Assembly (NCBI GenBank): GCA_963802945.1
Contig: CAWDKY010000028.1
Span: 128,001 to 192,000, forward strand
Reading direction: 5' to 3'
DNA length: 64,000 nt
Origin: an uncultured delta proteobacterium
GTDB taxonomy: Bacteria; Desulfobacterota; RBG-13-43-22
Shown: one piece after another, positions 19,677-30,506 of the stretch
Position numbering within the stretch: position 1 is the first letter of the stretch
Layout of the letters: every line of letters begins with the position of its first letter
The notes under the pieces: generated by a model
What the model was told of the DNA's origin: nothing
The model's input: the letters and a program-made list of their open reading frames with translations, nothing else
Databases searched by the model: none
Translations under genes and position numbers: made by a program

Positions 19677-20760
19677 TTTGTTCTTCAACCATAAAAAGGC
19701 CTCTATAAACGGATCAATCCCTCCGTCCAGCACATCATCCACGTTGCCTATATCCAATTGACTTCGATGATCCTTAACCAACCGATATGGGGCCAGGATA
19801 TAGGAACGAATCTGGCTTCCCCAGGCGATATCGGCCTGGCCCTCGTGGATCTCCTTCTTTTTTTCTTCCTTCTTTTCCAGTTCCAAATCATAGAGCCTTG
19901 ATTTTAAAACCTTGAAGGCCATGTCTTTGTTCCGGTGTTGGGATTTCTCGTTTTGGCATTGAACGACAATGCCGGTCGGCAGATGGGTCAAACGGATAGC
20001 CGAACTGGTCTTATTGACATGTTGGCCTCCGGCCCCGCTGGCCCGGAAGGTATCCACCCGGACATCGGCTTCATTGATTGCGATCTGAATATCGTCTTCA
20101 ACTTCAGGATAGACGAAAACAGAGGCAAAGGAGGTATGGCGACGTCCCCCGGCATCAAAAGGAGAAATGCGGACCAGACGATGGATCCCGGTTTCCGAAC
20201 GCAAGTATCCGTAGGCGTATTTCCCTTCAATGGTAAAAGTTACACTTTTGAGCCCTGCTTCGTCGCCGGGCAACTGATCGATGATTTCGGTTTTAAATCC
20301 TCGTCGCTCACTCCATCGTAGGTACATGCGGAGCAGCATCTCGGCCCAGTCTTGGGCCTCGGTGCCCCCGGCACCGGCGTGAATGGCCATGATGGCAGGG
20401 CAAGCATCCTCTTCACCGGAAAGAAGTTTATTAAACTCCATTTGGGCCAGGAGTTTTTCCAGACCCTTGAGACGGTTTTGAACTTCGGACAGGGTTTCCT
20501 GGTCCTCTTCAGCCAAGGCCAGGTCAAGAAGAATCTCTGCTTCATCGAGTCGGGTTTGTGTCTGTTCCCACTCGGAAATGATCTGACTCAGTTTCCCCTT
20601 TTCTTTGAGTATCATTTTCGCCCGGTCTGGATCATCCCAGAGGGTGCTTTGCGCACTTGTTTTTTCCAGGACGGCCAGGCGTTCTCTCTTGGAGGTCAGG
20701 TCAAAGATAGTCTCTTAACTTAACCATTTTTTCTTTAAGGCGTATGATTTCTTCTTTCAT
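19674..20760 (-). CDS. prfB: Peptide chain release factor 2 with programmed +1 frameshift
   Basis: GGQ and SPF motifs; MKEEIIRLKEKMVKLRDYL-stop, CTTTGAC at 20700-20706, and the +1 frame joins the main ORF. Confidence 0.96.
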
Positions 20761-22313
20761 AATTTTTGTCCTCTTCTCTTTTTACTACCCGAATAATAAT
20801 TCCGATCAGGAAAATAATCCCGCAAAAAACGATCAGCAACGTCCCCATAACGGTTATAAAAGGTTTTTTCTCCTCGGAGAGGAATGGCGGCATAAGTCCC
20901 GCCTGTTTGAAACAGAGGGATCATTTTAAGGATCCGTCCGGAAGAATCAATAAAAGCGCTGAAACCCGTATTAGCCGCACGGGCAATCCAGACCCTGTTT
21001 TCGACGGCCCGGAATGTAAGCATGGATAGGTGCTGATATGGCGCCGAGGTACGTCCGTACCAGGCATCATTAGTTATATTGACCAATATCTGGCAGTCTT
21101 CCTGTATGAAAGCCCGACTCAATTCCGGAAAAATGGTCTCAAAACAAATTAAAACCCCTATTTTGCCCTTGGGATGGGAAAGCCCGTAACTACCCGATCC
21201 GGGATTGAAGTCTCCTATAGCTTGAATCATTTTCCCCACAAAGGGTAAAAATCGCCTTAAGGGAATATATTCTCCAAAAGGAACCAGATGAATTTTGTCG
21301 TAAAAGCTCAATTGCCCTTCCGGACCTAACAGATAAGCCCGGTTATAAAAATAGATTTTCCCTTGCCGAAAGGTGGCCGCCGGACTGCCGAACAAGAGAT
21401 GGGCTTGAATTTCCTTGGCCAGTTGAAAGACAACAGGGGTCAAGTGGTTTTCATTCAAAAAATAAAACGGAACTGCCGTTTCCGGCCATACGACCAAGTC
21501 AGGAGTTTTAGGTAAAGCTTGTCGTGTTAGGTCCTTATAGATCTTTAATGTTTCTTCCTGAAAAGCCGGATTCCATTTTATGGATTGATCAATATTTCCC
21601 TGTATGACTGATACGTTTAAGGTCGGGGCCTGTTGATTTTTTTGCCTTTGATTGGCTAAGGACCAATAACCGAAGATTAGGGTGAAAGTTAGTATGGATA
21701 AGGCAAAAACCGCTTCTTTCCATTTCCGGGACCAATTCTGGAAAGGATGGTCAAACCATAAAAACAGGTAAAGAGTCTGATTAACCAACATGATCAGAAA
21801 AGAAATCCCGTACACCCCGGAGATTTCAGCTACCTGAATAACTGGTAGAAGGTTATACTGGGAATGCCCCAATAACTCCCATGGGAACCCGCTTAATAGA
21901 TGCGCCCTTAAAAATTCCAGACCCACCCAGATGGATGGAGCCCAAAGCAAAGAAAAAAGATCTTTGGGAGGAAACAGACCCCAAAGCCAGGCAAAGACAC
22001 CGAAATAGAGGGCTAAATAAAGAACCATCAAAAAAAGGATAAAAAAACTGGTCATCGTGTCCAGCCCTCCAAAATGGCGCATGGCATGGGTTACCCAATA
22101 AAAAATACCAAGAGAGGAGAGGATACCGGCAAGAAATCCCAGTTGGAATCTTTTTGTGGCCGGTTTATTTTCCAACGCTTTAAAAAAAGGGATGAACGCC
22201 ACCCAGGCCATGAAGGACCAGGAAACCTTAGGGAAGGAAAGGATATAGAGGATTGTACCGAAAAGGATTAAGAGATAAGGAGTAATAGAGTCTTTTGTGA
22301 TATAAATTCTCAT
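20757..22313 (-). CDS. lnt: Apolipoprotein N-acyltransferase, C-terminus probably frameshifted
   Basis: QGNI, WPETA, KIHLVPFGEY, ICFE, NDAWYG, RAVEN. Confidence 0.95.
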   Translation of the reverse strand: MRIYITKDSITPYLLILFGTILYILSFPKVSWSFMAWVAFIPFFKALENKPATKRFQLGFLAGILSSLGIFYWVTHAMRHFGGLDTMTSFFILFLMVLYLALYFGVFAWLWGLFPPKDLFSLLWAPSIWVGLEFLRAHLLSGFPWELLGHSQYNLLPVIQVAEISGVYGISFLIMLVNQTLYLFLWFDHPFQNWSRKWKEAVFALSILTFTLIFGYWSLANQRQKNQQAPTLNVSVIQGNIDQSIKWNPAFQEETLKIYKDLTRQALPKTPDLVVWPETAVPFYFLNENHLTPVVFQLAKEIQAHLLFGSPAATFRQGKIYFYNRAYLLGPEGQLSFYDKIHLVPFGEYIPLRRFLPFVGKMIQAIGDFNPGSGSYGLSHPKGKIGVLICFETIFPELSRAFIQEDCQILVNITNDAWYGRTSAPYQHLSMLTFRAVENRVWIARAANTGFSAFIDSSGRILKMIPLFQTGGTYAAIPLRGEKTFYNRYGDVADRFLRDYFPDRNYYSGSKKRRGQKL

Positions 22314-22439
22314 AGTATTGCGCCGTTGAAAAAAGCCTTTTTATGCTGCTTCACAATCTGTTCTTTAACACAAGCTTATCGATCAGAAAAGGAAAATTTA
22401 TTCTTTAAGTTCAGGTAAGTAAGAAAGAAGGGGCAAATA

Positions 22440-23042
22440 TCAGCTGGTCCGGTTTCTTTGATAATAGGCAAAATATCGAAAAACCTGCTTGATATATTTT
22501 TTAGTATCTTTAAAGGGTGGGATCCCGTTATGTTGAAAGACCCGGGAGGGACCGGCATTATAAGCGGCCAGGGCGAGTCTTTGGTCCCCTTCAAAGGCGT
22601 CCAATAATACCTTCAGATAACGCACACCGCCATCGATATTATGCTTGGGATTAAACGGATCCTTGATCCCCATTTCCTTGGCTGTAACAGGATCGATCTG
22701 CATTAACCCGACTGCCCCCCGGGGAGAAACGGCCATAGGGTCAAACTTGGATTCGGCAAGGATAACTGCCTTCACCAGAGCCGGATCCAGAGAATGTTTT
22801 TGGCAGGCGGACCTGATCCAGGGGTCATAAGTAGAAACTGAAACTTCTAATTCTTCGGGGGTCAGTGTTGTTGAGTAGGTGGGGTTTTTGTCAAAAAAGT
22901 TTAGCGGAAGATCAATCCGATTCAAATACTTATTATTAACGGAAAGGACCTGGGCCGTTAATAAAAAATAAAAGCCATTTACGCTTAATAAACTGAAAAG
23001 AACCAAACCGACCGATATTTTTTTTATATAATGGTTGTCCAT
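22440..23042 (-). CDS. Lytic transglycosylase (SLT domain)
   Basis: AESKF, GAVGLMQ, AAYNAG; N-terminal TM segment. Confidence 0.9.
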   Translation of the reverse strand: MDNHYIKKISVGLVLFSLLSVNGFYFLLTAQVLSVNNKYLNRIDLPLNFFDKNPTYSTTLTPEELEVSVSTYDPWIRSACQKHSLDPALVKAVILAESKFDPMAVSPRGAVGLMQIDPVTAKEMGIKDPFNPKHNIDGGVRYLKVLLDAFEGDQRLALAAYNAGPSRVFQHNGIPPFKDTKKYIKQVFRYFAYYQRNRTS

Positions 23043-23485
23043 AATTATCGCCTAACTTGTTTGAAAATCCGTCTGTAACTCCCTGATAGAAAACAGGGGT
23101 TCCCTTGAACTGAATTAGCAGCCTAATGTTTTGCCTCGAATACATAAGTATCTCCGAAGGTATTCCACAGGCTGTCTTCATAAATTCAATCCCCATTTCT
23201 TTTTATGTTCTTATCTATTAACATAAAAATTTTCTTTGTCAACCTTTTTAAATATTTTATTGAAGGAAACTATTGATAAAACATAATTAATCAAATAAGT
23301 TATAACAAAATGAGTTTTTTAAGGCAAAAATCATTCTGGTCTGGTCTTGAGAGCAAAAAAATGGTAAAAAAGGGTTAAACCCTCTGAGGTTGGAATCATT
23401 GAAAAGTCGGCCGTAAAGTCAGCCTATTGGACTATATTTTAATAATATCAGTAAATTAAAAAGCTTAAACTGAGAAAGGACTGCT

Positions 23486-24485
23486 ATGTCTGCCAACCAG
23501 GCCAAAGTTATTGGAGTCGACTTAGGAGGAACCCGTATTAAAACAGGGCTTGTTGATGCCCGAGGTAAGATACTATTTTTAAAAAATTATTCGACCCGCC
23601 TCGAGTTGGGAAGAGAAAAAGTCGTAAAAAGGATGGTGAAGGTAACAAAACAACTAATTGAAATATCAATTAAAAATAGAATAAAACCCAATTTGATTGG
23701 CTTGGGGGTTCCTGGTGTTATTGACCGCGAGGAAGGGATTATTCACCATTCTCCGAATTTTCCTGATTGGAAAGATGTGCCCTTAGCCCGAATCATCTCT
23801 GATGAGGTCAGCCTTCCCGACTTATATGGATAAAGACGCCAATGTCGTAACGTTAGGTGAAAAATGGGTCGGGGCAGGAAAAGACTGGAATCATTTTGTC
23901 TGTTTAACCCTGGGAACCGGGGTAGGGAGCGGACTTTTCTTAAACGGCCGACCCTGGTACGGCAGTCAAGGCAGCGGACCGGAATTCGGACATATCACCA
24001 TTGAACCTCGGGGGGAACATTGCGGCTGTGGTAACCGGGGTTGTCTGGAGACCCTGGCTTCAGCTACTTATCTAGTTAAAAAAGCTCAAAAGGGGCTGGA
24101 TAAAAAGGTCCACACCCTGCTTTCGGAAATAGTCAACCAAACATCGGAGCCCCTTTCGGCCAAACTCCTTTATGAGACGGCCAAAAAAGGAGACCCGTTT
24201 TGTATCTCCCTTTTTGCCGAGTTGGGACGTTATCTGGGGATTGCTTTGGCCAACCTTATCCATACCATCGGTTTAGAAGGGGTTATTTTGGGAGGGGGAT
24301 TGAGCAAGGCTTCCACTATTTTCTTGCCATATTTGGAAAAAGAATTTAAAAAACGAATGACCATGATTCCAGGGGAATTGCCTCCCATCCGGATTTCATC
24401 CTTGGGGGACAAGAGCGGTATCCTGGGGGCCGCCAAGATGGCGATGGAAAGAAGCAAAGAAAAGTTGAAAGCTTATAGTTTATAG
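23486..24485 (+). CDS. glk: ROK family glucokinase, frameshift near 23820
   Basis: DLGGT, LGTGVG, EFGH, CGCGNRGCLE. Confidence 0.85.
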
Positions 24486-24569
24486 CTGAAAGGAAAAAGG
24501 GGTTTTGACCTTTACCCTTTAAGCTAACAGCTAAGGTATCAGCTACGAGCTAATACTAATAAGGAAAGG

Positions 24570-25235
24570 ATGTTATGGCCGGAAAGAAAAAAATCAGTCA
24601 GAAAAGAACTTCTCAAGAAACCGGATGAGTTTATTACTCTTTCAACCCGTACGCTGAATTGGGTAAAAGATAACTACCAAAAAGTCATCTGGATAGGATC
24701 AGGAATCGTTTTGGTCTTAATTCTTTTTTTTGGGTATTCCGCTTACCGGAACAGACAGGAAAAGCAGGGCCACGAAAAGTATTTTTCCAGCCTGGAGGTA
24801 TCTGATCCGGATCAAAAATTGAAAAAGTTGGAGGAAATTATTAAAGATTACCCAAGGACTAAGGCCGCCTATTCCGCCTTAGTGACTGCCGGGCATCTTT
24901 ATTTTCAAAAAAAAGATTTTCCCAGGGCAGTATCTTCCTATCAAACGGCCCTGGACAAGGGGAAATTTCCTCCGGCCTTTAGAACCCTGATCCAGGGGAA
25001 TCTGGCCTATGCCTATGAGCAAAAAGGTGATTTACAGCAAGCAGCTAAAACCTTTGCAGAGATCACCCAAAGCAAGGAAAATTTATTAAAAGAGGATTCT
25101 CTGATTAATCTGGCCCGGGTATATCAAAAAATGGGTAAGAAGGCGGAAGCCAAAGCAACCTACCAAACCTTCCTTAAATCCTTCCCCCAATCGATTTATG
25201 CCAAAGTGGTTAAAGATCGCTTAGCCGGACTATGA
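24570..25235 (+). CDS. TM-anchored TPR protein (YfgM-like)
   Basis: KELLKKPDEFIT, single TM, TPR-like helices. Confidence 0.7.
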   Translation: MLWPERKKSVRKELLKKPDEFITLSTRTLNWVKDNYQKVIWIGSGIVLVLILFFGYSAYRNRQEKQGHEKYFSSLEVSDPDQKLKKLEEIIKDYPRTKAAYSALVTAGHLYFQKKDFPRAVSSYQTALDKGKFPPAFRTLIQGNLAYAYEQKGDLQQAAKTFAEITQSKENLLKEDSLINLARVYQKMGKKAEAKATYQTFLKSFPQSIYAKVVKDRLAGL

Positions 25236-25291
25236 TCATTACATGAATGACAGACCAAGTTGATTGAAGTTGATTGAAAAGGAGTTATACT

Positions 25292-27142
25292 ATGCATGAG
25301 CTAATAAAAGGAAAACCCGGAGATAAGCTGTTGTTACTGGGCAATGAGGCCATTGCCCGGGGGGCCATTGAAGGGGGACTGGCTTTTGCCACGGCTTATC
25401 CGGGAACCCCTTCCTCTGAAGTGGCCTTAAACTTTTATCAGATCAAACAGGAAACCGATCTTTATTTTGAATATTCCACCAACGAGAAGGTGGCCCTGGA
25501 AGTGGCGGCCGGGGCGGCGGTCTCAGGTCTAAGGACCATGGTGGCCATGAAGCATGTAGGGCTGAATGTGGCGGCCGACCCCTTGATGACCCTGGCCTAT
25601 ACCGGGGTCAACGGAGGCATGGTCATCCTGACCGCCGATGATCCCTCGCTGTTTTCCAGCCAGAACGAACAGGACAACCGCTATTATGCCAGGCTTTCCG
25701 GGTTGCCCATGTTGGAGCCTACCACCCCCCAGGAGGCCAAAGAAATGACCTTGGCGGCCTTTGATTTGTCTGAAAAATTAAAGGTGCCCGTCTTGCTGCG
25801 CACGACCACCCGTATCAATCATTCCCGGGGGATCGTCACCCTGGGGACAATACGACCCAGAAAGACCAAGGGGAATTTTAAAAAAGACCCGTTCAGTTAT
25901 GTAACGGTGCCGGCTGTCTCCAGAAATCTGCACGTCAAACTTCTACAAGTTTACGATCAGGCCCTTTCCTTGGCCAACCAGTCCACTTTTAATGAAATTA
26001 TCGGACAAGGAAAATGGGGGATTGTCGCTAATGGGGTCGGTTTTTGTTATGTCCAAGACGCCCTGGATGACCTGAAGGCCAAAGAATCATTTTCTGTGCT
26101 GAAGCTGGGGTTTTCCTACCCTTTCCCGGCAGAGATTGTTAAAAAATTCCTGTCCGGAGTGGAAAAGGTCCTGGTTGTGGAGGAATTGGAGCCTGTCATG
26201 GAACAGGACCTGCGGGCCGTTGCTCAAGCCATGGGACGAACTATACCCATTCAAGGCAAGGGAGTGGATCGGTTAAGCCGCCTTTTTGAATATGAACCAT
26301 CTCGGGTGCGAAGCGCCATTTCTCAATATTTCGGAATATCCGCTCAAGGCAAAAAAACGGTTGATCTTTCCGATATACCCCCACTTCCGGGCCGTCCACC
26401 CAACTTATGTCCGGGGTGCCCGCATCGTTCCACCTTCTATGCCGTCAAAAAAGTGGCCGGAGAAGAGGCCATTTATCCTACTGACATAGGCTGTTACACT
26501 TTGGGCCTGCTCCCGCCTTTAAGTGCGGCCGATTTTCTGATCTGTATGGGTTCAAGCGTCAGCACAGCTTCCGGTTTTTCCTGGGCATTAAAAGATAAGC
26601 ATGTCATTGCCTTTATCGGGGATTCTACCTTTTTTCATTCCGGGATCACCGGTCTGGTCAATGCCGTTCATAATAATCACAAATTCACCTTGATCATTTT
26701 GGACAATGAAACTACGGCCATGACCGGGCACCAGCCTCATCCGGGAGTCAATATGGCCTTGCTGGGACAACCCAACACCCAGGTCTCCATTGAAGCAGTA
26801 GTTAGAGGGGTTGGGGTCAAACATGTTGCTGTGGTCCAACCCCGAAAGGTCAAACAGACCATGGAAGCCGTTCAGGAGGCCATTGATTTTGACGGGGTTT
26901 CCGTCATCATCTCCAAAGAGATCTGCCCGCTGTATGCCAAAAGGGTGGCCCCACCAACGAAAACTCGTACATTTATGATTAACGAAAAACGATGCAAAAA
27001 CCACCGGGATTGCGTCAACTTGTTTGCCTGCCCGGCCTTTTACACGGAAGGAAATCAGGTCCGGATCAACGAAAATTTGTGCATCGGATGTGCGGTCTGT
27101 TCCCAGATCTGCCCGGAAAATGCTATTATTCCCAGGAAATAA
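25292..27142 (+). CDS. iorA: Indolepyruvate:ferredoxin oxidoreductase alpha subunit
   Basis: GNEAIARG, YPGTPSSE, CPGCPH, GDSTFFHSG, C-terminal ferredoxin motif. Confidence 0.95.
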   Translation: MHELIKGKPGDKLLLLGNEAIARGAIEGGLAFATAYPGTPSSEVALNFYQIKQETDLYFEYSTNEKVALEVAAGAAVSGLRTMVAMKHVGLNVAADPLMTLAYTGVNGGMVILTADDPSLFSSQNEQDNRYYARLSGLPMLEPTTPQEAKEMTLAAFDLSEKLKVPVLLRTTTRINHSRGIVTLGTIRPRKTKGNFKKDPFSYVTVPAVSRNLHVKLLQVYDQALSLANQSTFNEIIGQGKWGIVANGVGFCYVQDALDDLKAKESFSVLKLGFSYPFPAEIVKKFLSGVEKVLVVEELEPVMEQDLRAVAQAMGRTIPIQGKGVDRLSRLFEYEPSRVRSAISQYFGISAQGKKTVDLSDIPPLPGRPPNLCPGCPHRSTFYAVKKVAGEEAIYPTDIGCYTLGLLPPLSAADFLICMGSSVSTASGFSWALKDKHVIAFIGDSTFFHSGITGLVNAVHNNHKFTLIILDNETTAMTGHQPHPGVNMALLGQPNTQVSIEAVVRGVGVKHVAVVQPRKVKQTMEAVQEAIDFDGVSVIISKEICPLYAKRVAPPTKTRTFMINEKRCKNHRDCVNLFACPAFYTEGNQVRINENLCIGCAVCSQICPENAIIPRK

Positions 27143-27154
27143 GAGGAGTACTCT

Positions 27155-27748
27155 ATGGATATTAAACGGATCGTTTTTGTCGGTGTCGGGGGGCAGGGAA
27201 ATCTGCTCTCTTCCCGAATATTAGGAGAAGCCGCTTTGTTGGCCGGGATTCCGGTCAATGTCAGCGAAGTTCATGGTATGGCCCAACGCGGCGGTGTGGT
27301 CGAATCGGCCGTAGTCCTGGGAGGTGCCATGAGCTCCATTGTCTCCAATGGAGAGGCCGATGTTCTGATCGGCTTTGAACCTTCGGAAACCTTGCGGGCC
27401 CTGGAAAAGTGTTCCCAGGAGAGCACGGTGATTAGCAACGTGACCCCTTTGATGCCCTTTACCGTAGCAGTCGGCAAAGGGGTCTATCCCGATATCAAAG
27501 AAGCCCTGGAGTTGATTCGTCGAAAGGTGAAGCGGCTGATCGCCATTAATGCCGATGCCTTGGCCGTAGAGGCCGGTTCGGCCTTGGCTGTCAACATCGT
27601 CATGCTGGGGGCTCTGGCTCAAAGCAACACCGTACCAGTCAACGCCGAACAGATGAAAGAGGCCCTTAAGATGAACCTTAATAAAAAGCTTTGGGAAATC
27701 AATCTGAAGGCTTTTGATTTGGGGTATGAAGCGGCAAAAAAGGCGTGA
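27155..27748 (+). CDS. iorB: Indolepyruvate:ferredoxin oxidoreductase beta subunit
   Basis: GVGGQG, SEVHGMAQRGG. Confidence 0.95.
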   Translation: MDIKRIVFVGVGGQGNLLSSRILGEAALLAGIPVNVSEVHGMAQRGGVVESAVVLGGAMSSIVSNGEADVLIGFEPSETLRALEKCSQESTVISNVTPLMPFTVAVGKGVYPDIKEALELIRRKVKRLIAINADALAVEAGSALAVNIVMLGALAQSNTVPVNAEQMKEALKMNLNKKLWEINLKAFDLGYEAAKKA

Positions 27749-27813
27749 AGTATATGCCATGCGGCGAGAGGTGCGAGGTATGATGCATACTACCTCGTGC
27801 CTCTCACCTTTTT

Positions 27814-29109
27814 TTATTTAAATCGCTCTTCAACTGCTTTGGCATGAAGCGGCAGCCCTTCCTTTGTAGCCAAAAGGGTAATGGTTTTTTTCAAGCCCTG
27901 TAATCCTTTTTTACTCAGGTATTGGAAGGTCGGCTTCTTGATGAAGTCATCTACAGAGAGACCGGAAAACATCCTGGCACATCCGCCGGTCGGCAAGACA
28001 TGGTTGGTCCCTGAGGCATAATCTCCGGCCGGAATCGGGGCGTACGGACCCATAAATATGGAACCGGCATGGTTGATCATAGGCAAGACGACCCAGGGAT
28101 CCTCGGTAACAATCTGCAAATGTTCGGCAGCATAGGCATTGGCAAAATCAATGGCTTCCGTAAGATTGGAAGTTACTAAAACCGCTGAATGGCGGACTAA
28201 GGCCCTCTGGATTATTTCTTTCCGTTCCAATCTAGGTAATTCCCGATTGATAATTTCACATACCTTTTCGGCCAAAGTCATAGATGGGGTAATGAGAACA
28301 GCAGCGGCATCCGGATCGTGCTCGATCTGAGAGAGAAAGTCCCAGGTCGTCCAATCGGGCCGGGCCGTCTTATCGGCCACGATGAGGGCCTCGCTCGGAC
28401 CGGCAGGGGAATCAATATCAACCGTCCCAAAAACAGCCATCTTGGCCGCGGTAACATATTTATTGCCAGGTCCGACTATCTTATCCACTTTCGGGATGGA
28501 TTCAGTGCCATAAGCCATTCCGGCCACGGCCCAGGGTCCTCCCACCTTGAATAGGTAATCCGCCCCGGCAAGATCGGCGGCCACGATCGTTACCGGATCG
28601 GCTTTCATCCCTTTTTGTGGAGGGGTGCAGGCCACAATATTCGATACTCCGGCCACACGAGCTGGAATAATGTTCATGAGAACGCTGGAAGGATAATTGG
28701 CCTGACCTCCTGGAACATAAGCCCCGACGGTTTCCATGGGCCTCCGAACCCTCCCGGCCAATATCCCTGGTTTGACCTCAATGGACCACATTTCCCTTTC
28801 CAATTGGGCCTGATGAAATTTTTCGATATTTTTTGCCGCTTGTTTAAGGGCCTGCTGTACGAATTTATCAACCTGTTTATAGGCCTTTTTAATTTCGTCC
28901 GGTTGAACTCTAAGGTCTTTTGTCCCAATATCGGATTTATGTTTGCGATAGTGTTGTAAGATAACCTGATCTCCACCTTTTTGGACGTCTTGGACGATGG
29001 CCCGGGTTTCTTCATAAATATCGGAGATGTCTTCCATAGATCTTTTAAGCAGGGTATCTTTCCTCTTGGAGGATAAATTCATCAGCTTTTCAGGTTTAAT
29101 GAATTCCAC
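27814..29109 (-). CDS. hisD: Histidinol dehydrogenase
   Basis: YVPGG, GPGNKYV, AGPSE, EHL, GDYASGTNHVLPT. Confidence 0.93.
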   Translation of the reverse strand: MEFIKPEKLMNLSSKRKDTLLKRSMEDISDIYEETRAIVQDVQKGGDQVILQHYRKHKSDIGTKDLRVQPDEIKKAYKQVDKFVQQALKQAAKNIEKFHQAQLEREMWSIEVKPGILAGRVRRPMETVGAYVPGGQANYPSSVLMNIIPARVAGVSNIVACTPPQKGMKADPVTIVAADLAGADYLFKVGGPWAVAGMAYGTESIPKVDKIVGPGNKYVTAAKMAVFGTVDIDSPAGPSEALIVADKTARPDWTTWDFLSQIEHDPDAAAVLITPSMTLAEKVCEIINRELPRLERKEIIQRALVRHSAVLVTSNLTEAIDFANAYAAEHLQIVTEDPWVVLPMINHAGSIFMGPYAPIPAGDYASGTNHVLPTGGCARMFSGLSVDDFIKKPTFQYLSKKGLQGLKKTITLLATKEGLPLHAKAVEERFK

Positions 29110-29126
29110 TTTTTTTCACTCCTTAT

Positions 29127-29687
29127 TCATAGTTTTTGTTGTAGGGCAAAACGTTTTCCATAATCGATTAACGCATCACGGGTGCTGGGAAAAGCCAGGT
29201 CCGACCAGGGAATTTTTGTATAGGGGAACAGGCCTACTTCCAGGGTTTCGTCCAAGGCGGTCGGGACACCGGCTACAAATTGGGCTAAATAAGCAGCAAC
29301 GATTACTGTGTTTCCCGGATAGGAATAGACATTGAGCAGGGAATGGATTTGGACTTGAAGGTTGGTCTCTTCCCGGGTCTCCCGGACAGCCGCCTCTTCC
29401 AGGGTTTCCCCTCGATCGACGAATCCTCCCGGGATGACCCATTTCCCATATCCTGGGGAAATCGCCCTTTTTACCAACACGATTTGTTCTTCAAAAAGGG
29501 TTACCGTTACGGCGGCCACTTTGGGATCAAGATAAAACACAAAGGAACACCGGCTGCAAACCAAACGGTCCGGTTCCTGATCCTTGATCTGCTTTTTTTC
29601 CAGACTTCCACCGCATAAGGGGCAAAAGCGAAAAGGGGGCTGGACTTGATGGGTTGAGTGGATTTCGGGTATAATGGGCTGGTTCAT
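29127..29687 (-). CDS. NUDIX hydrolase with zinc ribbon
   Basis: FCPLCG, CSRC, GGFVDRGETLEEAAVRETREE. Confidence 0.9.
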   Translation of the reverse strand: MNQPIIPEIHSTHQVQPPFRFCPLCGGSLEKKQIKDQEPDRLVCSRCSFVFYLDPKVAAVTVTLFEEQIVLVKRAISPGYGKWVIPGGFVDRGETLEEAAVRETREETNLQVQIHSLLNVYSYPGNTVIVAAYLAQFVAGVPTALDETLEVGLFPYTKIPWSDLAFPSTRDALIDYGKRFALQQKL

Positions 29688-29834
29688 AACTATCGATATT
29701 ATTTTGAATCTTAAAAAAAAGAAAGACTTTTTTCTTGATTCCTGACAATATTCCCGTTATGAAAGAGGCAACATATAATTTATTGGACTAACGAAGTATC
29801 GTTATTCTCGAGGTTTTTGTCAAAGGAGGACTTA

Positions 29835-30488
29835 TTGAAAACAGAAAAACTTAAAAAAGATAAGCCGGAACGAAAAAAATCGATTTTTCGAGAGTATGCG
29901 GAATCAATCGTTATTGCCATACTCCTGGCCTTGTTGATCCGGGCTTTTGTCATCCAGGCCTTTAAGATACCTTCAGGATCCATGAAACCCACCTTGCTGG
30001 TTGGAGACCATATTTTGGTCAATAAATTTATCTATGGAATAAAACTTCGAGTTCCTTTTACCGCACTCAATTATAACCTGCTCCCTATCAGCACCCCGAA
30101 AAGGAATGATGTGGTGGTCTTTATTTTTCCAGTGGAACAAAACAAGGACTTCATCAAAAGGGTGATTGGGCTTCCGGGAGATACGGTCCAGATCAAGGAT
30201 AAAAAAGTTTATATCAATAACCAGCCCATGGAAGACCCTTACGGGACCCACACGGACCAAAGAATTATCCCAGAAATGGAACAACCTCGAGACAATACCG
30301 GACCCATTATTGTCCCACCCAATAAATTTTTTGTTATGGGAGATAACCGCGACGAGAGCTTTGACAGCCGATTTTGGGGATTTGTTGATCAGAAACAGGT
30401 CCTCGGGAAGGCCTTTATTATCTACTGGTCCTGGGATCGGACAGAGTTTGGGGTTAGATGGAGGAGATTAGGGTATTTGATTCATTAA
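29835..30488 (-). other. No minus-strand gene here; the antisense ORFs are shadows of lepB
   Basis: ORFs 29780-30022 and 29973-30284 lie opposite the well-supported lepB and have no recognisable motifs. Confidence 0.3.
29835..30488 (+). CDS. lepB: Signal peptidase I
   Basis: IPSGSMKPTL, FIKRVIGLPGD, GDNRDESFDSR; SD AAGGAGG before TTG at 29835. Confidence 0.95.
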   Translation: MKTEKLKKDKPERKKSIFREYAESIVIAILLALLIRAFVIQAFKIPSGSMKPTLLVGDHILVNKFIYGIKLRVPFTALNYNLLPISTPKRNDVVVFIFPVEQNKDFIKRVIGLPGDTVQIKDKKVYINNQPMEDPYGTHTDQRIIPEMEQPRDNTGPIIVPPNKFFVMGDNRDESFDSRFWGFVDQKQVLGKAFIIYWSWDRTEFGVRWRRLGYLIH

Positions 30489-30506
30489 CGTAACCGGCGA
30501 GGACTT

